DNA of 32,000 nt from Erysipelotrichaceae bacterium (lineage in GTDB: Bacteria; Bacillota_I; Bacilli_A; Erysipelotrichales; Coprobacillaceae): contig JAQVDW010000001.1 in NCBI GenBank assembly GCA_028698185.1, positions 177,417-209,416 on the forward strand, read 5' to 3'. How positions within the stretch are numbered: the stretch's first letter is position 1; every line of letters starts with the position of its first letter. The notes beneath the pieces were generated by a model, which was not told where the DNA came from, searched no databases, and saw only the letters and a list, made by a program, of their open reading frames with translations. The translations under genes were made by a program, and so were the position numbers. Below, piece by piece: positions 26,608-32,000 of this stretch.

Positions 26608-27360
26608 TTAGTCGCGATAATTTTTGAAACTTACCAGCTCGATGTTGTTTTCCTTGATGATGTCTTTGATATAGTCGCTGCACAGGAATTCGCATTCCAT
26701 CGGACGGACTAGAGTGAATGAAGAATGGGTCAGGATGTAATGGTCAAGATAACCCGGATGCAATACCATCAACGAACAATCATTATTCTTGATTTCATTG
26801 ATCTTGCTGTCAAAATATTCTTTGAAATCATACTTGTTGTCCTGGTCCATCTCCGCCATCGCCACGCGGTGAATCCCCAACTCCTCTTCCCAGTTGGGTG
26901 CCATCGGGTTGACATGCAAAAGGTTATGACGTTTGGCCACATTATCCAGGGCGCTAAAAAAGTTTTTCGAAAATACCGCATGACCCTCAAAATAATCGGG
27001 CATTTTCCCGGATATTTCCTGGAACCGTTGCAGTTGGGCTTCGATTTCAATCTCGCACTCCTTAATGTCAATCGTGTCTTCCTGGCGGGCCCGGATTTCC
27101 TTGCTGGAACAAAATTCTCCAGATTCATCGACCAGGCTGGGAATCAGTTTGGGATCGGATACTGGTTTTCCCACGCAAATATTGGTATGCTGTCCCAGGG
27201 CGATGTCGGCGTCCTTGAGCAATTCAAAGCCATGGACTGCCGCCTCCATATTGGGCATCAGGCCGACACTGGTGATCACACCATCCTTTACAGCTTTCAA
27301 AATCCCATAATTGACAGCTTCGCTGAAGCCCAAGTCATCGCCTCGCATAATCAGTTTCAT
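26608..27360 (-). CDS. ChbG/YdjC-family carbohydrate deacetylase, 250 aa
   Basis: MKLIMRGDDLGFSEAVNYGI..ITSVGLMPNM..GQHTN is the YdjC N-terminal metal-binding signature. Its ATG overlaps the upstream stop (ATGA). Confidence 0.85.
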   Translation of the reverse strand: MKLIMRGDDLGFSEAVNYGILKAVKDGVITSVGLMPNMEAAVHGFELLKDADIALGQHTNICVGKPVSDPKLIPSLVDESGEFCSSKEIRARQEDTIDIKECEIEIEAQLQRFQEISGKMPDYFEGHAVFSKNFFSALDNVAKRHNLLHVNPMAPNWEEELGIHRVAMAEMDQDNKYDFKEYFDSKINEIKNNDCSLMVLHPGYLDHYILTHSSFTLVRPMECEFLCSDYIKDIIKENNIELVSFKNYRD

Positions 27361-28040
27361 AAATTGTTGATCTCCTTCATAGTTTTTTCTTCTTGAATCT
27401 TTAGTTTTTCTTCATATTGCAAAGGAAAAGCCCCATCAATATATTCGATGATCCTTCTCCCATTAAAGCTGCTATACAGACCCAAATCCGGAATCAAAAC
27501 AACCGTCATCGGATTGGTTATCCGCTTGACCAAACTGTTATATTCATAGCGAATCTGAGGCTCCAGCAAGACCAGACTGACATTGCCGTCATCAATGAAT
27601 TTTTCAATCCCAACCGATGAGACATCCCAATCACGGTCCAGCAGTTTCAGTTGCTTTTTGATTTCGATTGAAAGCAAATCCGACATGATGCCACCCTCAC
27701 TGTGAAGCAGGACCAGCTTGAAGGGATGTTCCTTAAGATGATTCTGATACAACAGGCTAACCTTTTCCAAAACAGCCGCCCCATCCATCCTTGTATAATC
27801 CAGGGTATCGATTATCATGAACGGCAAATTGATGGCGTCGCAAAGATTCTGGTATTCATCTTTCAAATAGCTCACATGGGGAGCCAGCAAGAAGACATCA
27901 CTTTTCAACATTGCGATATGCGCCTGATTGGTATCGGTACAGGAGATTGAAAATTCCTGATTGTTGTCCGCCTCTTTCATTTTTCTGACCAGGATGCTCG
28001 TCGACATCCCGGCCCCACACATCAGCAGCACCCTTATCAT
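27357..28040 (-). CDS. Tandem PTS EIIB (lactose/cellobiose family) protein: canonical domain plus Cys-less second domain, 227 aa
   Basis: Domain 1 reads MIRVLLMCGAGMSTSILVRKMKE..FLLAPHVSY, with an active-site-type Cys8. Domain 2 reads FKLVLLHSEGGIMSDLLSIEIKK..VLLEPQIRYEY, the same pattern without Cys. ATG 28040 follows GAGG by 7 nt and overlaps the regulator stop (ATGA). Confidence 0.8.
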   Translation of the reverse strand: MIRVLLMCGAGMSTSILVRKMKEADNNQEFSISCTDTNQAHIAMLKSDVFLLAPHVSYLKDEYQNLCDAINLPFMIIDTLDYTRMDGAAVLEKVSLLYQNHLKEHPFKLVLLHSEGGIMSDLLSIEIKKQLKLLDRDWDVSSVGIEKFIDDGNVSLVLLEPQIRYEYNSLVKRITNPMTVVLIPDLGLYSSFNGRRIIEYIDGAFPLQYEEKLKIQEEKTMKEINNL

Positions 28041-29866
28041 ATTACAGCCTCGACAATCTTGACAAACTGTTCGTAAGTCGGATTTTGGACCAGCTGCCAT
28101 TGTACTTTTTCGTCAATGATCACTGTCGATACCAATTGGTAAAAATCATCAAGTTGCTTGTTAAGGGTCCCGGCCATGGATCCCATAATGATGATCCGGA
28201 CCTCGTTTTTGTCCCACCGCAACGGCTTTGACAAAATAGTTATGGATACAAGCGTCTGGTTTCCGACCGGTTTGAGGCCATGGGGAAATGCGATGATATT
28301 GTTGAACTCGGTCGGCGCCAGGGCCTCACGTTGCAAAACGAGCTCCAGGAAATTTTCCGGAAGCGGATATTCCTGTCCCATTTTGAAGATGATGTCTTCG
28401 ATTGCTTCCGTTTTTGATCGGTAGTAACAATCGCTATAAAACAGTTCTTCCGGGAAATAATTCAGGACATTCGATTGTTCGAGATTGTCAAATTTTGCCT
28501 GTATATTTTTGATATCGCCATTGTCGACCAATGATTTGATCAAGAATACCGGAATCTTGAGGTTCAGGCTGATCGGAATTGTCGAGAACACACAGTCGAA
28601 ATCACTCGTATCGAGACTTTCAAGCTGGTAGGCCGAGCAGACCTCGAGCTTATTGATGTGATTGACAAAATTGCTCTGGAAAAAATGTTTCAACAACATG
28701 GCACTTCCAACCCCACTTGAACATACCAACAGGATGTTTTTCTTTGTTGTGTTGATCAGATTTTTCTCCAGTGCCAGATTGATATGCAGGGCATAATAGG
28801 CGATTTCCCCTTCAGGCAAGATGCAATCGAAATGGTTGTTGATCACCTGGCAGGCCTGCATCGCCAATTCATAGCTGGCGATGAATTTCTGTCTGATTTC
28901 AGTGATCAATGGATTGTACAAATAAGTCTTATACCGGATTCTCTTGATCAGCGGAATCAGGTGTAACGAAAGTGCTAGCTGCAAATTCAAATCCCTGGTG
29001 AAACTGTACTGGGTCTGGATTTCCAGAACCTCCAGCATCTGCTGGACGATGTCGTACACTTCCTGGTCGATATAGATGTTTTCGAGATGGTCGGCCTTTT
29101 TGGAACATAGATGGATTGTCAGGTAGGCAGTTTCGGCTTCGGATACCGATACCTTCAACAATTCGCCAATAAGGCTCATTATTGCCACGGCCAAAGGATA
29201 TTCCTTTTCTTTTTTGGTCTCCGCCAGCCAGGCATCGCTTATCTTGGCATACTCCTCGTTTTGCATCCGCGAGTAAGCGATGTAGAGATGGACGATTATG
29301 TTTTCAAGAATATCATCGACTATCTGGTAGTCGAAGTCCCTGATGCACATCAGAACAATATCCTTGATCTTACCATATGCTTTTGTTTCTTTCTGGTAAT
29401 CCTGAAAATGGGCGATTGATCGGCGGATATTGATTTCTTCTCCGGCAAGATACATTCCATAATGCGGCTTGTCCAGAATGGCAACGTCATATTCGCTAAA
29501 GTAGTCGCGGACTGCTTTTAGTTCCTGCTTCAATTTGCTTCGCGACAGATACAGCACATCGCAAAGATCATCGATTTTGACATAGGCACCACCATCGGTC
29601 AGCTGATGAAAAATATACTGGAAGCTGTCCTTGTTGTCTTCTTTGTTGTCTTGCAAGTAGCTGATGAAAGCCTCTGGATCACTGACTCCCAGCTTATAGC
29701 CAAATGAGCCTGATATGATCAGGGCTCCTTGGATATCGACATTTATTTTATTGATAATGTTGCGGACACTGCGGCTGCTCATCTGGATCAAAGCCTGCAA
29801 GTCAGATGATTTCAGGCTTTGATTGTTGATAAGCTCGAGCAGGATTTTTCTTTGTCTCTCTTCCAT
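28037..29866 (-). CDS. PRD-domain transcriptional activator of the LicR/MtlR class (HTH + 2 PRD + EIIB(Gat)-like + EIIA(Mtl)-like), 609 aa
   Basis: Four regions are recognisable.
- An N-terminal wHTH (RQRKILLELINNQSLKSSDL).
- PRD histidines (IIVHLYIAY, YLTIHLCSK, LSLHLIPL, YYALHINLA).
- An EIIB-like segment NILLVCSSGVGSA.
- A C-terminal EIIA-like segment IIAFPHGLKP. Confidence 0.85.
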   Translation of the reverse strand: MEERQRKILLELINNQSLKSSDLQALIQMSSRSVRNIINKINVDIQGALIISGSFGYKLGVSDPEAFISYLQDNKEDNKDSFQYIFHQLTDGGAYVKIDDLCDVLYLSRSKLKQELKAVRDYFSEYDVAILDKPHYGMYLAGEEINIRRSIAHFQDYQKETKAYGKIKDIVLMCIRDFDYQIVDDILENIIVHLYIAYSRMQNEEYAKISDAWLAETKKEKEYPLAVAIMSLIGELLKVSVSEAETAYLTIHLCSKKADHLENIYIDQEVYDIVQQMLEVLEIQTQYSFTRDLNLQLALSLHLIPLIKRIRYKTYLYNPLITEIRQKFIASYELAMQACQVINNHFDCILPEGEIAYYALHINLALEKNLINTTKKNILLVCSSGVGSAMLLKHFFQSNFVNHINKLEVCSAYQLESLDTSDFDCVFSTIPISLNLKIPVFLIKSLVDNGDIKNIQAKFDNLEQSNVLNYFPEELFYSDCYYRSKTEAIEDIIFKMGQEYPLPENFLELVLQREALAPTEFNNIIAFPHGLKPVGNQTLVSITILSKPLRWDKNEVRIIIMGSMAGTLNKQLDDFYQLVSTVIIDEKVQWQLVQNPTYEQFVKIVEAVI

Positions 29867-29876
29867 AGTTCTCCCC

Positions 29877-29899
29877 TTGTGATATCCATTTTATCACAA
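29877..29899. repeat. Inverted repeat TTGTGATA-N7-TATCACAA between EIIC and the PRD regulator gene
   Basis: Perfect 8-bp arms at 29877-29884 and 29892-29899, ending 10 nt before the regulator ATG and adjacent to its RBS. No U-tract follows on the minus strand. Confidence 0.5.
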
Positions 29900-29922
29900 T
29901 CGAAAGTTTTGCAAAAGAGAAA

Positions 29923-31209
29923 CTATTTGGCTTCTCCTTGTTCCTCTTTATAGGCAAGTCTGTCTTGGACTTTGAAGAACGGCAAGTACATCAGCACAGT
30001 CAAAGCGATCAGAACTATTTGCCAGATTACTCCGGATACCCCGATCAAAAGCCAGCTGTCAAGAAGCAAAGGAGTTCCAAAGGCACCGCGGGCAAGTCGT
30101 GGCAGGCCGATCAGACCGATATTCATGACAAAGTACGTCAGCAAAAAGTTGATTGCGGGAACCAGGAAGAAAGGGATAGCCATGATTGGATTCAAAATCA
30201 AAGGCATACCAAACATTACTGGCTCATTGATTGCGCAAATTGAAGGAAGGATCGCCAGTTTTCCCAAAGTCTTGTAGCGTTCGCTTTTTGAGAAAAAGAA
30301 CATGTTGATAACCAGACCGATAGTGTTCCCGATACCCCCAAGCATCAAGAAGCTAGTAAGACCCATAGTCAGGATATGAGGCATAGCCATACCAGCCGCG
30401 AAGGCTGTCTGATTTTCAACCCCGGCCTGCAAGAACAGGATCATCATGAACGGCATTACAACCTGACCACCATGAATTCCAAAGAACCAGAACAATGAAC
30501 CCAGGAAGTTCAAAAACAGGAATGTGTACATGCTGCCAGAAAACGAACCTAAAGGCGTGGCGATTATCGTATAGATCCATTCACCGAATGTGATCCCAGT
30601 AACAGCAGTGAAAAAACCGGTGATGGTCATAAATACAGCCGCGATCACAAAACCTGGAATCAAAGCGCTGAATGATTTGGCAACCGAAGGTGGCACCCCT
30701 TCAGGCATCTTGATTACCCAATTGTGTTTGATGATAAACGCATAAATGAATCCGGTCAGCAGACCAACCAGCAAGGCCGAGAACAGACCTCGAGACCCCA
30801 GATACGTGAATGCGAGCATTGTCACATTGTTTTCACCAATTGTGACATTAGACAAGGGTGTGATGATGAAGAATGCCATCAAAGAGATTATCCCCGCCAA
30901 AATCGAGTCCTGAGGAAGACCTTCGTTTTGTAAGTAAGCATAAGCAGTGGAGAATGCAAGATATATCGCCATCACATCAGTGGTGAAACGCGAAACGATA
31001 CCCAAAAGCGGGCGAATATTGGTTGCTGTCAAAAAGTCTTGATATGGTTTTATTTGCAGCATTGAAAGCAGCGAGAACATCGCTCCGATAATAATGATTG
31101 GCATCATCATGTTGAATGCCGATGAGACCGTTTTTAGCAACTTGTTGCTGCCGATTTTGATGGCCAGAGGCGCCAATACCCCTTCCATGCGATTCATAAC
31201 TTGTTCCAT
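29923..31209 (-). CDS. PTS lactose/cellobiose-family EIIC permease, 428 aa
   Basis: MEQVMNRMEGVLAPLAIKIGSNKLL, then about ten hydrophobic segments, with GIHGG and INEPVMFGMP motifs typical of CelB/ChbC/LicC. GGAGAG lies 7 nt before the ATG. Confidence 0.9.
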   Translation of the reverse strand: MEQVMNRMEGVLAPLAIKIGSNKLLKTVSSAFNMMMPIIIIGAMFSLLSMLQIKPYQDFLTATNIRPLLGIVSRFTTDVMAIYLAFSTAYAYLQNEGLPQDSILAGIISLMAFFIITPLSNVTIGENNVTMLAFTYLGSRGLFSALLVGLLTGFIYAFIIKHNWVIKMPEGVPPSVAKSFSALIPGFVIAAVFMTITGFFTAVTGITFGEWIYTIIATPLGSFSGSMYTFLFLNFLGSLFWFFGIHGGQVVMPFMMILFLQAGVENQTAFAAGMAMPHILTMGLTSFLMLGGIGNTIGLVINMFFFSKSERYKTLGKLAILPSICAINEPVMFGMPLILNPIMAIPFFLVPAINFLLTYFVMNIGLIGLPRLARGAFGTPLLLDSWLLIGVSGVIWQIVLIALTVLMYLPFFKVQDRLAYKEEQGEAK

Positions 31210-31520
31210 TTACTTCTCTCCTTTTTCCTTTGGGTTATTTGATAAAGATCTTTGAAGTGAACAATCATACTTTGATAAAGACCAGCTGTCATTAGCAGAT
31301 CTTCACTGTATACCAACTGCAGGCTCAGCTCCGGTTCACGTTTGAGCAGTCCCGAGTGCAGCTGGCTAGCTTTAAGCAAATGTTCGTTGGCTAGCTTGAA
31401 CCTGATATTTGCCTGGTCATAGTCACCTGTTCTAAGTAAAGCCATGGTTGCGATAAATTCTGTTTTCGCCTTAGTTGCAAGTTCACTTATAGTCGTTGCG
31501 ATTTCATTTGTCTTCATCAT
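31194..31520 (-). CDS. PTS lactose/cellobiose-family EIIA-like protein lacking the canonical phospho-His, 108 aa
   Basis: A three-helix pattern (AKTEFIATMALLRTGDYDQANIRFKLANEHLLKASQLHSGLL) aligns with ChbA/LacF. The conserved VHAQDHLMT block reads VYSEDLLMT. ATG 31520 follows AGGGGAAC. It overlaps EIIC by 16 nt. Confidence 0.8.
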   Translation of the reverse strand: MMKTNEIATTISELATKAKTEFIATMALLRTGDYDQANIRFKLANEHLLKASQLHSGLLKREPELSLQLVYSEDLLMTAGLYQSMIVHFKDLYQITQRKKERSKWNKL

Positions 31521-31541
31521 TTGTTCCCCTGATATCATTCT

Positions 31542-31569
31542 ACTATATTTGAAATTAAGGTGAAGTCAC
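31542..31569 (-). promoter_or_regulatory. Candidate promoter of the PTS operon
   Basis: The minus strand reads GTGACT, a 16-nt spacer, then TATAGT, about 20 nt upstream of the EIIA-like ATG. Confidence 0.4.
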
Positions 31570-31571
31570 TC

Positions 31572-31593
31572 TTTTGCCACTAGGGTGGCAAAA
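31572..31593. promoter_or_regulatory. Perfect palindrome TTTTGCCAC-TAGG-GTGGCAAAA abutting the -35 box; candidate activator operator
   Basis: The 9-bp arms are exactly complementary. The proximal arm ends 2 nt from the proposed -35 box. There is no U-tract downstream in either orientation, so it is not a terminator. Confidence 0.45.
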
Positions 31594-31613
31594 AAAAGAT
31601 GGGAACCGGCATA

Positions 31614-31812
31614 TCATCTAATCTCGAACAGTTTTTCTAAATAACCGACAATAGATCCTGTCGCAAATGCCATTATGAATATGCCCAAGACGATCCAATA
31701 TCTGTCGGCACTGAGATGCCTGCAATTAATTTCAGGACACTATCGTAAACAAACCCGATCAAAACCGGATTGATCAGCGCGCGGAATGGTCCCGATTTTC
31801 TTGAAAAAATAA
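31614..31812 (-). pseudogene. Frameshifted 3' remnant of a membrane-protein gene, 5' end removed at the IS boundary
   Basis: There are two hydrophobic reading segments in different minus-strand frames. The first is RKSGPFRALINPVLIGFVYDSVLKLIAG. The second is SADRYWIVLGIFIMAFATGSIVGYLEKLFEIR, ending at stop 31616-31614. No start codon or RBS is present, and the open frame ends at the GGCTCTT terminus. Confidence 0.35.
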
Positions 31813-32000
31813 GGCTCTTGATTAGTTTGTGTGGTAGTTAAAATGCTTCAACCCCTTATTATTACTAGGTTTAGGTATTGAAAAAGCATACATTTTTCTG
31901 TAAGATTTTTTTGCTAAAGAAAAATCTAAAATACAGAGGTAAATGTATGCTCAATAAAAGAATAATCAAGAATCTACTCAATGTCAAGCACACAATAATT
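31813..32000 (+). mobile_element. Left end of a probable ISL3-family insertion sequence (continues beyond the window)
   Basis: The sequence turns abruptly AT-rich from GGCTCTTGATTAG at 31813; GGCTCTT is a terminus I associate with ISL3 elements. An ORF with an ISL3-like N-terminus starts 134 nt downstream. Confidence 0.45.
31947..32000 (+). CDS. Probable ISL3-family transposase, first 18 codons only
   Basis: AGAGGT lies 6 nt before the ATG. MLNKRIIKNLLNVKHTII resembles the xxxKxLLxIKDxNI N-terminus of ISL3 transposases such as IS1167. Confidence 0.45.
   Translation, partial: MLNKRIIKNLLNVKHTII

Noticed and set aside
18104-27396. More antisense or shadow ORFs: 18104-18703 minus (opposite the NUDIX gene), 19370-19972, 22748-23443 and 26725-27396 on plus, plus the many 60-150 aa ORFs in the track.
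   Set aside because: The same codon-register explanation applies. The opposite-strand genes have clear family signatures and ribosome-binding sites, and these ORFs do not.
27357-28040. The possibility of an alternative genetic code (TGA = Trp), given the loosely Mollicutes-like gene content.
   Set aside because: TGA clearly terminates well-defined genes, as in the ATGA overlaps at 27357 and 28037 and the PatB-like stop at 21253. Trp is encoded by TGG. The standard bacterial code applies.
29877-29899. TGTGA...TCACA, considered as a CRP/FNR-type site or as a terminator.
   Set aside because: The half-sites are separated by 11 nt and not 6, and no U-tract follows the hairpin. It is kept only as an unexplained inverted repeat.
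26608-31520. The idea that the whole PTS operon is a low-GC horizontally acquired island.
   Set aside because: My spot counts of single 60-nt lines were mixed. The regulator gene gave about 38-40% G+C (28441-28500, 29161-29220). EIIC, EIIB and chbG lines gave about 45-52%, similar to the alaS and recD2 lines. Only the IS end (31813 onward) is clearly AT-rich. A proper windowed GC and codon analysis is needed.
1168-31538. N-terminal extensions in the ORF track at 1168, 3411, 7239, 18125, 19918, 22482, 23350, 24263, 24942, 28100 and 31538.
   Set aside because: In each case an internal ATG with a good Shine-Dalgarno sequence 5-9 nt upstream gives a protein starting at the expected family N-terminus. 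The extensions lack an RBS or overlap the upstream gene. The track start at 1168 is GTG.
31572-31593. The strong hairpin GCCAC-TAGG-GTGGC, considered as a rho-independent terminator for the gene remnant or the IS.
   Set aside because: In both orientations the T-run precedes the stem and an A-run follows it, so there is no U-tail. Its position against the -35 box fits a protein-binding dyad better.
1-32000. A search by eye for CRISPR arrays, tandem repeats, rRNA, tRNA and known housekeeping RNAs (SRP, RNase P, tmRNA).
   Set aside because: I saw no spaced direct repeats or characteristic conserved motifs. This is a by-eye negative and should be confirmed with tRNAscan-SE, cmscan and a repeat finder.

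Overview
This looks like a Bacillota-type chromosomal segment. It uses the standard genetic code (TGA is used as a stop), and all genes except two lie on the minus strand.

- **1-14.6 kb, housekeeping block.** The gene order matches what I recall of the Bacillus subtilis yrr region. It holds pnp (5' part), an orphan TPR-like/cold-shock-like protein, a DtxR/MntR-family repressor and greA. These are followed by two U32 genes plus an O-methyltransferase (yrrO/yrrN/yrrM-like tRNA mo5U genes), mltG and an inserted YkgB-like lactonase. The block ends with DUF1292, ruvX, ireB, alaS with an Ala T-box leader, and recD2.
- **14.6-24.9 kb, metabolic genes.** These are an Ldh_2 dehydrogenase, a ROK kinase, an RluA-family pseudouridine synthase and a NUDIX hydrolase. 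After them come a DUF362 Fe-S protein, an aldo/keto reductase fused to an Fe-S domain, a PatB/MalY C-S lyase, a GNAT acetyltransferase, a Zn-phospholipase-C-like protein and an RpiR regulator.
- **25-32 kb, accessory-looking region.** It holds a secreted anchored esterase and a five-gene lactose/cellobiose-family PTS operon: EIIA-like, EIIC, PRD activator, tandem EIIB and a YdjC/ChbG deacetylase. Next to the operon are a frameshifted gene remnant and the left end of a probable ISL3 insertion sequence.

The most unusual observation is in the PTS operon. The EIIA-like protein lacks the canonical phospho-histidine, and the second EIIB domain lacks the catalytic cysteine. The embedded PRD regulator keeps all its expected phosphorylation sites, and a perfect palindrome abuts the operon's -35 box. 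I recognised no rRNA, tRNA or CRISPR array. All identifications come from reading the translations and DNA motifs by eye; no searches were run.
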